Below, one piece after another: positions 29,028 to 39,061 of a stretch of DNA of 64,000 nt. The translations under genes and the position numbers were made by a program. Under the pieces are notes generated by a model. It saw only the letters and a program-made list of their open reading frames with translations, made no database searches and was not told where the DNA came from. Where the stretch lies: contig JAUVLV010000005.1 of assembly GCA_030600545.1 (NCBI GenBank), positions 118-64,117 on the forward strand, written 5' to 3'. This stretch comes from Candidatus Aegiribacteria sp. (GTDB lineage: Bacteria; Fermentibacterota; Fermentibacteria; Fermentibacterales; JCC-6). The stretch's first letter is position 1. Each line of letters opens with the position of its first letter.

Positions 29028-30416
29028 TTGATTAAGAGACTGTTCGAACTGTTCCATGAAAACGGGGAAGAACTTTATCTGGTGGGAGGTTACGTAAGGG
29101 ACCGGCTGCTGGGCAGCGAAAACGGAGATTACGATTTTGCGACAAGCGCCAGGCCGGAAGTAACAAAGAATATTCTTGAATCGGGAGGCTTCAGGGCTAT
29201 TCCCATCGGAATGGAATTCGGTACAGTCGCAACAGTTATAAATAATGATACAGGCCCTGTAGAGATTCAGATAACTACTTACAGGTGCAAAGAGAGGTAT
29301 CGAAAAGGATCCCGTCATCCTGAGGTTGTATTCGGTAAAATTCTTGAAGAGGACCTTGTAAGGCGGGATTTCACCATAAACGCCATGGCCATGGATGAGA
29401 ACGGCAACATTGTTGATCCTCTGGGGGGTCGGAGAGATCTGAAGAATGAAGTCATCAGGACTCCACTGAACCCTGAAGAGACCTTCAGCGAAGATCCCCT
29501 TCGGATGCTCAGGGCGTTCCGCTTTGCCTGCCGACTTGGTTTTTCAATAGAGAATAAAACCCTTGAGGCAATAAGAATGAACCATTCAGCGATTCTGGAT
29601 ATATCCCGGGAACGCTGGAAAATGGAAATGGATTCACTGCTTGCAGCCGAAGACGGCAATAAGGTCTCCAGAGTTCTGAAGTTAATGAGGGAAACGGGAA
29701 TTCTTCAGGATATGATCCCGCAGTTTACAATAATGTTCACTCTGAATGGAGTATCTCAGGGCAAAGCTCATTATGGAGATATCTGGGAGCATACACTCGA
29801 TGTGGTGAAGAATACTTCAGGGAACAATCGATGTATTCGGTGGGCTGCACTTCTGCATGACATAGGAAAACCTATGTGCAGAACCGTTGATGAAGATGGG
29901 AATACACATTTCTACGGTCACGAGAAGATAGGCTTTGATTATGCGAATAAAACTGCCGAGCGGTTCAGGTTTTCAAAAAAGGAAAGGAAGTGTGTATCTT
30001 TCCTGGTGAAGAATCATATGAGACCGGTTCTTTACTCCAACGAATGGTCCGACAGAGCTGTAAGAAAACTTGCCAGTGAATCCGGAGAATACCTGGATAT
30101 TCTGCTTGATCTTGCTTCGGCGGATATAGCTGCCCATGCTGAACCCTGCGCTTCGGAAGGAGCTGCGAGGATGGCTGAACTTCGGGAGAGGCTGCTCAGG
30201 CTTGTGCCCGATACCCGAAGGAGGATACTTCCCGTAGATCTTGGAGAGATTCTAATGAAAAGGGCAAGCGGGGATTCATTTCCTGAAATTGGAATAATCC
30301 TCAGTAATCTTGAAGAATTGATTCACCAGGGAATCCTCCCGAAAATGGCGCTCCCACAGATCTATCTTGATTACCTTGCAGAACATCCGGAGCTGAAACA
30401 GAAACAGGATATCTGA
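29028..30416 (+). CDS. cca: CCA-adding tRNA nucleotidyltransferase with HD domain
   Basis: LYLVGGYVRDRLLG, RRDFTINAMA, DPLRMLRAFRFA, and LLHDIGKP. TTG start after GAGGAA. Confidence 0.85.
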   Translation: MIKRLFELFHENGEELYLVGGYVRDRLLGSENGDYDFATSARPEVTKNILESGGFRAIPIGMEFGTVATVINNDTGPVEIQITTYRCKERYRKGSRHPEVVFGKILEEDLVRRDFTINAMAMDENGNIVDPLGGRRDLKNEVIRTPLNPEETFSEDPLRMLRAFRFACRLGFSIENKTLEAIRMNHSAILDISRERWKMEMDSLLAAEDGNKVSRVLKLMRETGILQDMIPQFTIMFTLNGVSQGKAHYGDIWEHTLDVVKNTSGNNRCIRWAALLHDIGKPMCRTVDEDGNTHFYGHEKIGFDYANKTAERFRFSKKERKCVSFLVKNHMRPVLYSNEWSDRAVRKLASESGEYLDILLDLASADIAAHAEPCASEGAARMAELRERLLRLVPDTRRRILPVDLGEILMKRASGDSFPEIGIILSNLEELIHQGILPKMALPQIYLDYLAEHPELKQKQDI

Positions 30417-30447
30417 ACTCTCACAACCTCATCCATTTTCGTGTTGC

Positions 30448-30491
30448 TTGACAAATTTAGTTTTTTTATTATTACTGACTGAATGGTCAGT
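30448..30491 (+). promoter_or_regulatory. Candidate sigma70-type promoter plus inverted-repeat operator upstream of the TetR-RND operon
   Basis: TTGACA (30448-30453), 16 nt, then TATTAC (30470-30475). Inverted repeat ACTGAC-N6-GTCAGT (30474-30491) overlaps the -10 element, about 20 nt upstream of the TetR ATG. Confidence 0.35.
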
Positions 30492-30511
30492 CAATCAGAA
30501 AAGAGTGAATT

Positions 30512-31111
30512 ATGAGTACAAGAGACAACATACTGGATGCCGCCGAAGACGTTTTTGTTGACAGGGGATTCTCAGGTTCCTCAATGAAAAGCATCGCTGA
30601 AAAGGCTCAAGTGGCAAAGAGCCTTCTTTATCACTACTTTGCATCCAAAAGGGAACTGTGGGACGAAGTCATTCATAGAAGGATATCTCAGGCGAGCCTT
30701 CCGGAGAGGATGATAGAAATGGTATCATCAATTCTATCCGATGGCCTGGAGGCGGTAAGGAAAAAGAAGAATCATACCACCTATTTTGAGTTTCTCAGGA
30801 GTAACCCCCAGTTCGTGAGAATGCTGGCATGGTTGAACGCCGAGCAGTCTCTATGGATCTGCCCTCCCACCGAAGTGAGAAATGAAGTCATTAAAAAGCT
30901 TAAGGAGCTGCAGGAAAAAGGAATATTCAGAGATGACATAGACCCCGGAATGTTCGTTGTATGTTTCATGTCCATCTGCGAGATGTGGTTCATGTCCCGG
31001 AACAGGATTTCCGTATGGTTCGACGAGGACATGAGTAGGAATGAAATAAACGAGAAATTCATAGACGCAGTCGGAAAAATTCTCATCGATGGAATGGCAG
31101 GAGATAAATGA
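30512..31111 (+). CDS. TetR-family transcriptional regulator
   Basis: ILDAAEDVFVDRGFSGSSMKSIAEKAQVAKSLLYHYFASKRELW. Confidence 0.85.
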   Translation: MSTRDNILDAAEDVFVDRGFSGSSMKSIAEKAQVAKSLLYHYFASKRELWDEVIHRRISQASLPERMIEMVSSILSDGLEAVRKKKNHTTYFEFLRSNPQFVRMLAWLNAEQSLWICPPTEVRNEVIKKLKELQEKGIFRDDIDPGMFVVCFMSICEMWFMSRNRISVWFDEDMSRNEINEKFIDAVGKILIDGMAGDK

Positions 31112-32166
31112 AAAGGAATGCCTGTCTGCTTTTGCCAGTTATCTTGCTGCTGCTATCATGCGGCCAGCCGGAAGAAATTGTCGAAAAGCCTATTCCAGTC
31201 ACGGTAATTGTGCCGGAATTGCAGGTAATAAGCTCCACGGTTGTGGCTGCCTGCAGACTCGAATCGAGCAGCGAAGCGATAATTACCGCTTTACATCCAG
31301 GAAGAATACTGGAAGTTGTCGTAAATGAAGGTGATGAAGTCCGGGAGGGAGATGTTCTTGTTGAGCTTTCCACCGATCAGCAGTACAGCAGCGCTGTTTC
31401 AGCTTCATCAGCACAGCTTACGGCCGCCAGAACATTGGCATCGAACGCCGGAGATGATCTTCTGAGGGCTGAGAGGCTAAGGGCGGACGGGGCTATAAGC
31501 GAAAGTGAATACGAAATGGCCGTGTCCGTATCGGCTGCTTCCGAAGCAACGGTAAGACAGGCTCTTGCAGTGTACGAAAACGCAAGGAGCATGGAGGAAA
31601 GCGGAAAGATCCTTGCCCCTTTCAGCGGTACAGTCACCAGAGTCTGGGCAAGGGAAGGGCAAATTGCATCGGGACCACTTGCTTCAATTGCGGATAGCGG
31701 AATAATGAAATCCGAACTGCTTATCGCAGGACGTCATCTTAAATATCTGACCGAAGGGTTGCCTCTTGTCTTTTCCACTTCGCACTATCCCGGAGTGCTT
31801 TTTCACGGAGAGGTAATATCCTTCTCATCCTCTGTTGATCCGGTATCGGGGCTGGTTTCCGTCATTGTCCAGCTTCATGAGGGTTCGGGCAGGCTTCGTT
31901 CGGGGATGACCGGTACAGCGACCATTGGGCTTGAAACCTCTGAGAATACGGTGGTTCTTCCCCTTCTGGTGCTGCTTCATGAAGATGAATCCTCATGGGA
32001 AGTGGCACTTGTTCGTAACAGCGAAGCTGAAATCGTCCCGGTAAAGATCGGAATCGTAAACGGAACGGATTTCGAAATAACTCAGGGTATTGAGCCTGGA
32101 GACTCGGTCATTTTTCTCGGTCATCATCTTGTTGCTGATGGTTCGCCGGTAAAGGTCGTGCGATAA
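31108..32166 (+). CDS. RND efflux periplasmic adaptor (membrane fusion protein)
   Basis: Lipoprotein-like N-terminus (LLLSCG), a biotinyl-lipoyl-like GDEVREGDVLVEL, and a coiled-coil hairpin. ATGA overlap with the TetR gene. Confidence 0.85.
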   Translation: MKRNACLLLPVILLLLSCGQPEEIVEKPIPVTVIVPELQVISSTVVAACRLESSSEAIITALHPGRILEVVVNEGDEVREGDVLVELSTDQQYSSAVSASSAQLTAARTLASNAGDDLLRAERLRADGAISESEYEMAVSVSAASEATVRQALAVYENARSMEESGKILAPFSGTVTRVWAREGQIASGPLASIADSGIMKSELLIAGRHLKYLTEGLPLVFSTSHYPGVLFHGEVISFSSSVDPVSGLVSVIVQLHEGSGRLRSGMTGTATIGLETSENTVVLPLLVLLHEDESSWEVALVRNSEAEIVPVKIGIVNGTDFEITQGIEPGDSVIFLGHHLVADGSPVKVVR

Positions 32167-35100
32167 TGAGCCTTCCCGGACTTGTCGTTAAACGGAGAAT
32201 AACCTTCCTGATGATCTTCATTCTCATGGCAGGCGCCGGCCTCTTCGCTGTAACGCAGCTTGGCATCGATTACTTTCCCAAGGTGGACCTTGGCCGGATA
32301 GCTGTCATTACTATGCTTCCCGGTGCTGGACCTTCCGAAGTCGAAGGGTTGATAACCGAGGTAATTGAAGTCGCAGTTTCAGGGGTCGAGGGAATTGAAA
32401 CGGTCGTTTCCACGTCAAAAAACGGTGTAAGCCTTATTACACTGGAACTTATGAACAGTGCCGATATTGACCAGGCTGAAGTGGATGTAAGGGACGCTGT
32501 TGACAGAGTGAAAGATCAGCTTCCGGAAAGTTCAAGCGATCCGGTGATAATGGCGATGGAATCAAGCATGAAGCCATTGATCATGGTAACTTTCAGCAGT
32601 GATATGATGACTGGAACTCAGCTTCGAAACCTTGTTGATGAAGAGATCTCTCCGAGGCTGGGGAGGGTAGAAGGTATAGCTTCCGTTGATATCAGCGGCG
32701 GGCAGATCAGGCAGATAAATGTTGAAGTCGATCCGGTCCTGCTTGCAGAATTGGAAATGCCGATTTCTCAGCTATACGGTGCTCTCAGCGCTATAGGAGT
32801 CGATCAACCCGGTGGTGCTATAGAGGATGGGGACATGGAATTCTCCGTCAGTGTAAAATCCGGGTTCGATGATCTCAGCAGTATCAGGGAACTCGTGATA
32901 GGTGTACACGAGGGAAGACCGGTAAGGCTTGAAGAAGTGGCTCACGTTGTTGACGGTCATGCCGAACAGACAGACTTCACCCATCTTGATCAGGGCGAGG
33001 CGATACTGCTTGTTTTCAGAAAAAGCTCGGATGCTAACACAGTTAATACATGCAGCAGGCTTGAATCGGCAATAGAGGAACTTTCGGAGGACTATGCAGG
33101 TACTCTGGAAACCGAGATAATTTACAACCAGGAGCGTTTCATAACGGGGTCCATGAAGGATCTCATGCTGACTGCGGTTCAGGCGGTTATTCTTGCCGCG
33201 GCGGTACTTACATTCTTCCTGGGTTCGGTATCCAACGCGGGGATAGTCAGCCTTTCAATGCCACTTTCATTTGTGGCAACATTTGCTGTGATGTACCTGC
33301 TGGGAGTGAGCCTTAATATCATGTCCCTCGCCGGGTTGAGCATTTCAATCGGCATGATTGTGGATAACTCGGTTGTTGTGCTTGAGAACATTCACAGGTG
33401 GCGAAGGGAAGGCGAAGACCGGGCAAAGGCGGCAGAACACGGTGCGGCACAGGTTGGGATGGCGGTAACCGCGTCAACGCTTACAACCGTGGCTGTTTTC
33501 ATCCCGATGCTGTTTGTACCCGGGATGACGGGACAGATATTCAGGGATCTGAGCCTGACAATTGCTGCTGCTCTCTTCATATCACTGTTCGTTTCACAGT
33601 CACTTATACCTCTGCTTGCGTCAAGATCAAAAAACCTGATCAAACCGCATTCACAGCGTTCGATTGCAACAAGGGTACAGGGATGGCTGAGCAGGCTTGA
33701 GGAGAGGTATTCCAGAGCTATAGGCTGGTTGACCGAACATTCGAAATTCGTTTTTATTCCGGTAATACTGATTTTCATATTATCTATTTTCATGATGAGA
33801 TTCATCCCGAAGACTTACCTCCCGGAACCAAAGGAGGGAGTCATTGACATCGATATAAGCCTAGCTCCCGGGACCGGTCTTGAATTCACAGACAGCCTGC
33901 TGGTGGAGATTGAAACCAGGATTTTCGAGATTCTGCAGCCGGGTGATCTTGCGAATTCCTATATGAATGTAGGCAAGCGGGAGGGCATAGGTGCTCTCTT
34001 CGGTTCTTCATCCTCATCAAACGGAGAGATAAATCTATATTTCGTTAAAGAGAGTGAACGTTCCGGAAGCATTGAATACTACGACGCAGCCATACGTGAA
34101 ATGTTGGGCGAAGTTCCTGGGATCGAATACAGTCTTTCAAGCGGAATGCCTATCGGTAACGAATTCCCTGTAAGAATAGTCCTATACGGAACGGATCTTG
34201 CTGAACTTCGAAACATCGGGGAAATAGTGAAATCGGAAATGTATCGTATTCCCGGAGCGGTCGACATTTCATCCTCTCTTGGAAACCAGCTTATGCAGGT
34301 GGATTTTATACCTGATGAGAACGTGCTTTTTTTAAGAGGACAGTCTCCGGCCAGGATAGGATCGGAGGTCACCATCGGCTTGCTGGGATTGAATGCCTCA
34401 ACATATACTGAAAACAGTCGGGAGTACGATGTTAACATTCGCTACGCGGAGGAAGGAAGGTCGAGCAGGGAAGCTGTATCGGGACTTATCGCATACGGCA
34501 TGCCACTTGATGCATGGGGCAGCTTCCGTAACACTCTTGTTCCGGAAGAAATAGGAAGAAGGAACAGAACGAGAACTGTGGAGATTACCTGCAGGATTAA
34601 CGACAGAGCCCTTGGTGAAGTGGCTGCCGATGTTGAAATCATGATGGATACACTGAATCTGGGCGGCCACAGATACGAAATAATCGGTGATATAAAAGAC
34701 AGGGGAGAAGCGTTCGGAAGCATGGCGATCGCCATCGGTGTTGCGATAATCCTCGTTTACATGGTTATGGCTTCCCAGTTCGAATCACTCCTTGAACCAT
34801 TTATTATCATCGTTGAAGTTCCCCTGGCACTGATCGGGGTTATCTGGACTCTGCTTCTGACCGGAAGCACTATGGGACTTACTGCACTTGTAGGATTGCT
34901 TATGCTTACAGGAATAGTGGTGAACAATGGTATTGTATTTATTGATTACGCCAACCAGCTCAGGCGTAAGGAAGGTATGTCATCCAGGGAAGCTATTGTC
35001 ATAGCCGGAAGAAAAAGGATGCGCCCCATTCTCATGACCGCGATAACTACGATCCTTGCACTTATGCCGCTGGCCATAGGGGCTACGGAAAGCTCCGTAA

Positions 35101-35219
35101 TGTGGGCTCCCATGGCAAGAACCGTTGCCGGAGGCCTTGCGGTAGCCACGGTTCTGACGCTGGTCGTTCTGCCCTGCCTTTATGTGAAATTGGACAGGTG
35201 GCGTAAGGACACGGGCTAA
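32166..35219 (+). CDS. RND efflux permease (AcrB/AcrD/AcrF family)
   Basis: 1017 aa with 12-TM RND architecture. GMIVDNSVVVLENI and GIVVNNGIVFIDY motifs. Confidence 0.9.
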   Translation: MSLPGLVVKRRITFLMIFILMAGAGLFAVTQLGIDYFPKVDLGRIAVITMLPGAGPSEVEGLITEVIEVAVSGVEGIETVVSTSKNGVSLITLELMNSADIDQAEVDVRDAVDRVKDQLPESSSDPVIMAMESSMKPLIMVTFSSDMMTGTQLRNLVDEEISPRLGRVEGIASVDISGGQIRQINVEVDPVLLAELEMPISQLYGALSAIGVDQPGGAIEDGDMEFSVSVKSGFDDLSSIRELVIGVHEGRPVRLEEVAHVVDGHAEQTDFTHLDQGEAILLVFRKSSDANTVNTCSRLESAIEELSEDYAGTLETEIIYNQERFITGSMKDLMLTAVQAVILAAAVLTFFLGSVSNAGIVSLSMPLSFVATFAVMYLLGVSLNIMSLAGLSISIGMIVDNSVVVLENIHRWRREGEDRAKAAEHGAAQVGMAVTASTLTTVAVFIPMLFVPGMTGQIFRDLSLTIAAALFISLFVSQSLIPLLASRSKNLIKPHSQRSIATRVQGWLSRLEERYSRAIGWLTEHSKFVFIPVILIFILSIFMMRFIPKTYLPEPKEGVIDIDISLAPGTGLEFTDSLLVEIETRIFEILQPGDLANSYMNVGKREGIGALFGSSSSSNGEINLYFVKESERSGSIEYYDAAIREMLGEVPGIEYSLSSGMPIGNEFPVRIVLYGTDLAELRNIGEIVKSEMYRIPGAVDISSSLGNQLMQVDFIPDENVLFLRGQSPARIGSEVTIGLLGLNASTYTENSREYDVNIRYAEEGRSSREAVSGLIAYGMPLDAWGSFRNTLVPEEIGRRNRTRTVEITCRINDRALGEVAADVEIMMDTLNLGGHRYEIIGDIKDRGEAFGSMAIAIGVAIILVYMVMASQFESLLEPFIIIVEVPLALIGVIWTLLLTGSTMGLTALVGLLMLTGIVVNNGIVFIDYANQLRRKEGMSSREAIVIAGRKRMRPILMTAITTILALMPLAIGATESSVMWAPMARTVAGGLAVATVLTLVVLPCLYVKLDRWRKDTG

Positions 35220-36061
35220 CCCTTAAGCAAACCCTGAAGTACTTGCTCGACTAGAGAGACAGTCCTATCCTCGGGGTCGCGATAGGGAATCTCGAGGGAT
35301 ATTTCCTGAATAAGAGCAGATGCCCGATTTTCAAGAGCATGCTCCAGAATGGATTTGATTGATACTACGGTATTTCGGGTGAATGTTCTTGCGAGGTCAT
35401 ATCCAAGTACGAATGCCGAAGCTAATTCAACATCATAACCTAAATTCTCTAGCTTACTTGGGAATTCTTCATGAAGAAACTCCAGACCATACCATTCCTC
35501 AGCATGCCGCAAGAAGTACGCGAGGTCGTGCGCATCCTCTGAATCTTTCTGCAAGTAGTGGCGATCAGCCCATACAAGCACCTTCAATCCAAACTGCTCT
35601 GCATAGCCGGCAACACGAACCGGGAATGCCCCATTGATTATGACAACCAGGGCTGACTTATGAGCTTCTTCGAATCCAAGTACATTCATTTCGTATCGAT
35701 CGTCTTTCCCCCATCGGTAAACCTTCCCTGGACCGGCAAATTCACCGAATGGAACGATATTGATGGTGGATCCACTATTGTGTACCAGGCGCTGGACTTC
35801 TCCCTCGACAGGATCGAATCGGTGCCTTTCGCACAGGTGGTTACGAAGTGAATCATACTCATCAAGTGAGTCTACACATACGCCAAGATCCAGGTCTCCC
35901 GTGGCTCGCCCAGGTCTCATTTCTGACAGATACTCGCATATGAAAACTCTTGCAGAGGCACCACATATGAACCATTCAATTTCCATGTCTTCTGCCACTT
36001 CAGTTACAGCCTTCAGGATCACTGCATATGCTTCGCAGACTCTGATAGAATTACTTCTCAA
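35216..36061 (-). CDS. AbiEii/AbiGii-like nucleotidyltransferase (type IV TA / abortive-infection toxin type)
   Basis: N-terminal CGASARVF..RATGDLDLGV (GG.A....R.T.D.D. type) and later FGLKVLVWADRHYLQKDSEDAHDLAYFL (K...a.R....D..Dl). Overlaps the upstream partner by 11 nt. Confidence 0.5.
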   Translation of the reverse strand: MRSNSIRVCEAYAVILKAVTEVAEDMEIEWFICGASARVFICEYLSEMRPGRATGDLDLGVCVDSLDEYDSLRNHLCERHRFDPVEGEVQRLVHNSGSTINIVPFGEFAGPGKVYRWGKDDRYEMNVLGFEEAHKSALVVIINGAFPVRVAGYAEQFGLKVLVWADRHYLQKDSEDAHDLAYFLRHAEEWYGLEFLHEEFPSKLENLGYDVELASAFVLGYDLARTFTRNTVVSIKSILEHALENRASALIQEISLEIPYRDPEDRTVSLVEQVLQGLLKG

Positions 36062-37160
36062 GGAACTGCTCCCTGATCATTTCCGCGACCTCAATGTTTC
36101 GAGCTCCTCCAGTCGCATGCAAGTCAGCATAGACAAGCAAAGGAGGAGCGATTCCATGAGGAGTATTGTCATCGGGTAGGGCATGCCAGAATTTATCAAG
36201 CACATTGACTTCTCCCTGGTCATCCTTCCTGAGTCTGAGCGCACGAGCAAATTCAGGGAAGTCATCTCCGATGTAGACGGTCGCAACCTCTGGATGGAGG
36301 TAGTGGGTTAATTCTTCTGCTGCCACTTCACCGCCGAGATATACATCTATAGCTTGGAAATTCTTGTTCTTCCACCACTTTGGTAATTCCGTCGTAAAAC
36401 GCCTTGGATTCAGTTTCGGTCTCAGTTCAGTCGCGTACGCATCAACCCATCGATCTATTAAGACCTTCCTTCGATTCAGCACTGTGCCTTCTCGTAGTCT
36501 GCTGATGTAGCCATACTCTCGAAGGTCCGTAATAGTGTTGCCTACCGTCCCAAGTGCAACACCAGCCATTTTCGCGATCTCTCGATACGGTTGACGGATT
36601 ATGTGCCGGTTACATAGAAGAACGAATAATACTCTCAGCCCAGCGTTTCTGAAGAGACGAACCCTGTCGAAGGTTGCTATGCCTCGGTCTTTGTACCCAA
36701 CAATGTTGATAAATACTCCAGGATCATTTTGTACGATAAACATGTTCCCTGCAGTATCCAGAAATTGGATGTTCTGTTTCTTAAGTCTTTCAGCAATTGG
36801 AGGTGTCACATGCTTCGTGACTAGTAGAAATGGATTCGGGATACGCTCTTTCAGAATTGCGATCGCAGCGATTGTTTCTTGTCTCAGCTCATTCTTCACT
36901 AGCACATGATAAGGCTCAAGCAACTCGTCGAATTCCACGATCGCATCAATGAATGTGTCATCAACCCGCGCCTCCAATTTATACCTTACACCTTCAACAG
37001 GGATAACTCCCTTCAGGTGATCGAAGGCCTCTTTCAGGATTCTCTCCATGGTATACTTCTCAGTTCTCATATTGTTCTGCCTCTCCTCGGCGTTCAATAT
37101 TTTAGCGTGTTCATTGGCGGTGAACATATGAATAAATTGAACAATGTGAAATCCTGTCAA
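36051..37160 (-). CDS. AbiEi-like wHTH protein (putative cognate antitoxin/regulator)
   Basis: Central YREIAKMAGVALGTVGNTITDLREYGYI (HTH-like) followed by RKVLIDRWVDAYATELRPKL. Position and overlap with the NTase gene fit AbiEi/AbiEii organisation. Family recalled from memory only. Confidence 0.4.
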   Translation of the reverse strand: MTGFHIVQFIHMFTANEHAKILNAEERQNNMRTEKYTMERILKEAFDHLKGVIPVEGVRYKLEARVDDTFIDAIVEFDELLEPYHVLVKNELRQETIAAIAILKERIPNPFLLVTKHVTPPIAERLKKQNIQFLDTAGNMFIVQNDPGVFINIVGYKDRGIATFDRVRLFRNAGLRVLFVLLCNRHIIRQPYREIAKMAGVALGTVGNTITDLREYGYISRLREGTVLNRRKVLIDRWVDAYATELRPKLNPRRFTTELPKWWKNKNFQAIDVYLGGEVAAEELTHYLHPEVATVYIGDDFPEFARALRLRKDDQGEVNVLDKFWHALPDDNTPHGIAPPLLVYADLHATGGARNIEVAEMIREQFLEK

Positions 37161-37234
37161 GCGTTATGGCGTCTGATAAGGACAGGTGGCATATGAGCAG
37201 CAGAAACATGATAGATTGTTATATTGGGAGTATT

Positions 37235-37426
37235 TTACCAACAAAACCAACAGAACTGGAAACTGATGCATCTGAAGAAGTCCGTTCATCATGCTCCTGC
37301 CGCAGAAGACAGCTGTGGGCTGTGCTTCTCAAGAAAGTCTGGGACATCGATGCTTTGAAATGTCCGAAGTGCGGTGGAAAAATGAGCCATGCAACAAGTT
37401 GTGGAATTCTGACTCGAAGGGTTTAA
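37235..37426 (+). pseudogene. IS91-family (HUH Y2) transposase, C-terminal relic
   Basis: ..RRRQLWAVLLKKVWDIDALKCPKCGGKM.. matches the conserved IS91-type C-terminus (R..sWa.LL.rVF.iD.l.CP.CGg.M). No upstream catalytic region is present and the downstream tail is compressed. Confidence 0.55.
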
Positions 37427-37624
37427 CCCGGAAATTGATAGTCTATAACATTGACTATGGCGAGTGGAATACAGTATCATCAGTCTAGGATGATGAATTG
37501 ATCATATGAAAAATTTTATGAACCATGTTCGGAGAAAATACATGTATCGAGCAAATTCCAGTTCACCAATTATTATTGTATTGAATACGGATTTGAAATC
37601 AATCCTCAAAAAGGAAATAGTACT

Positions 37625-39061
37625 ATGATCGACGATTCATCAACCGATTTCTATCTCGCCCATCCGGATGTGTCCACCAGAATACTGGAGGACAGAGGAG
37701 CGGTTCTGTTTAATCCTGATACAGGCCGGAAAAAGATCATCAATACCACCGGAGCATTCATCTGGGCACGCCTTGACGGTTCTCGACACCCGAAAGAGAT
37801 CATCGAGGAAATGCTGGATAATTTTAGCGACGTGCCCCGCAATCAGGTTAGAGACGATCTTGTTACGTTCTTGAACAGGATGACAGATGAAGGGATTGTT
37901 TCCGTTCAACAGTCGCGGGCAGCTACCGGCGGGACTATCAGGACCTTTCCCGACGCTACTGACGGACCGGAATCGTTCGATTTGTCACTGACCGGCAGGT
38001 GTAACCTGCACTGCGCTTATTGCTTTTACAGTCAGGAAATGAAATCCCTCCATGATCTGCCGAAGGATGAGTGGCTGAGTTTTTTTAAAGAACTGCGAGA
38101 CCTTGCGGTTCGGGACGTTTGTTTAAGCGGAGGAGAAGTTTTTCTCCGCCCGGATCTCTGGGAGTTGATCGACGCGTTAACTGACTGCCGAATGCGTTAC
38201 AGCTTACTGACCAACGGTACTCTTGTAACCGAAGATACCCTGGCACAGTTTGAAGCCGGAAAGCGCCGTCAGCGGTTAAGCAGCATCCAGATCTCAATTG
38301 ACGGGTCCTGCGCCGATGTGCACGATAGAAGTCGCGGTCAGGGCAGCTTTAAAAATGCCATCAGGGGGTTACGCCTTCTTAAAGATGCCGGTTTTCCGAT
38401 TACTGTTCGGGTAACGATTAATCAGCACAATGTGGACGACCTGGACAATATCGCCAGGTTGCTCCTTGATGATATAAAGATCGCCAGTTTCGGCACCAAC
38501 GATGTCATGCCCATGGGCGCCGGTTGCGATAATCAGAAAACGATTACGTTGCTCCCGCTGCAGCAGGTAAAGGCCATGAAAACACTGGCGAGGCTGGCTG
38601 ATCAATACGACGGGCGAATTACCGCTAGTGCAGGTCCCCTTGCCAAGTGGCGCACTTACCAGGAAATGGAGCATGCCCGCGCTACCGGTGAGATGTCCAC
38701 CCGCTGGAAAATGGGCTATTTGGCGGCCTGCGGCTGCATGTACAATAAGCTGTCCGTGCATCATAACGGCATTATTACGCCATGCAACATAATGGCCAAA
38801 ATGGAGCTGGGGCGGATCAACCGGGATGTGCTGACGGATATCTGGAAAACCCAACCTCTGCTTCAGTCTCTGAAGGACAGACGCCAAATTCCCATGACCG
38901 AAGTTCCCGGCTGCGAGGATTGCGAATGGGCGCCCTTTTGTAATGGAAGTTGTCCGGGGCTGGCCTATGAACTGACCGGTGATGTCAACCAGGCCAATCC
39001 GCATGATTGCTACTACCGGTTTTTGCAGAACACCGGGGGAATGAATTTTGAGTACGATTAA
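37625..39061 (+). CDS. Radical SAM/SPASM peptide-maturase-type enzyme with fused N-terminal PqqD-like (RRE) domain
   Basis: N-terminus ILEDRGAVLFNPDTGRKKIINTTGAFIWARLDG...DDLVTFLNRMTDEGIV (PqqD-like). LTGRCNLHCAYCF (CX3CX2C). C-terminus ACGCMYNK..ITPCN..PGCEDCEWAPFCNGSCPG (SPASM-type Cys pattern). Confidence 0.9.
   Translation: MIDDSSTDFYLAHPDVSTRILEDRGAVLFNPDTGRKKIINTTGAFIWARLDGSRHPKEIIEEMLDNFSDVPRNQVRDDLVTFLNRMTDEGIVSVQQSRAATGGTIRTFPDATDGPESFDLSLTGRCNLHCAYCFYSQEMKSLHDLPKDEWLSFFKELRDLAVRDVCLSGGEVFLRPDLWELIDALTDCRMRYSLLTNGTLVTEDTLAQFEAGKRRQRLSSIQISIDGSCADVHDRSRGQGSFKNAIRGLRLLKDAGFPITVRVTINQHNVDDLDNIARLLLDDIKIASFGTNDVMPMGAGCDNQKTITLLPLQQVKAMKTLARLADQYDGRITASAGPLAKWRTYQEMEHARATGEMSTRWKMGYLAACGCMYNKLSVHHNGIITPCNIMAKMELGRINRDVLTDIWKTQPLLQSLKDRRQIPMTEVPGCEDCEWAPFCNGSCPGLAYELTGDVNQANPHDCYYRFLQNTGGMNFEYD

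Noticed and set aside
37506-37628. 40-codon ORF (MKNFMNHVRRKYMYRANSSSPIIIVLNTDLKSILKKEIVL) whose TGA overlaps the rSAM-1 ATG
   Set aside because: It has no SD, lies in an AT-rich promoter-like spacer, and has no Cys or repeat features expected of a substrate. It is kept only as a note because the ATGA overlap could be fortuitous.
38369-39004. 211-aa minus-strand ORF
   Set aside because: It is antisense within rSAM/SPASM-1, which has unambiguous motifs.
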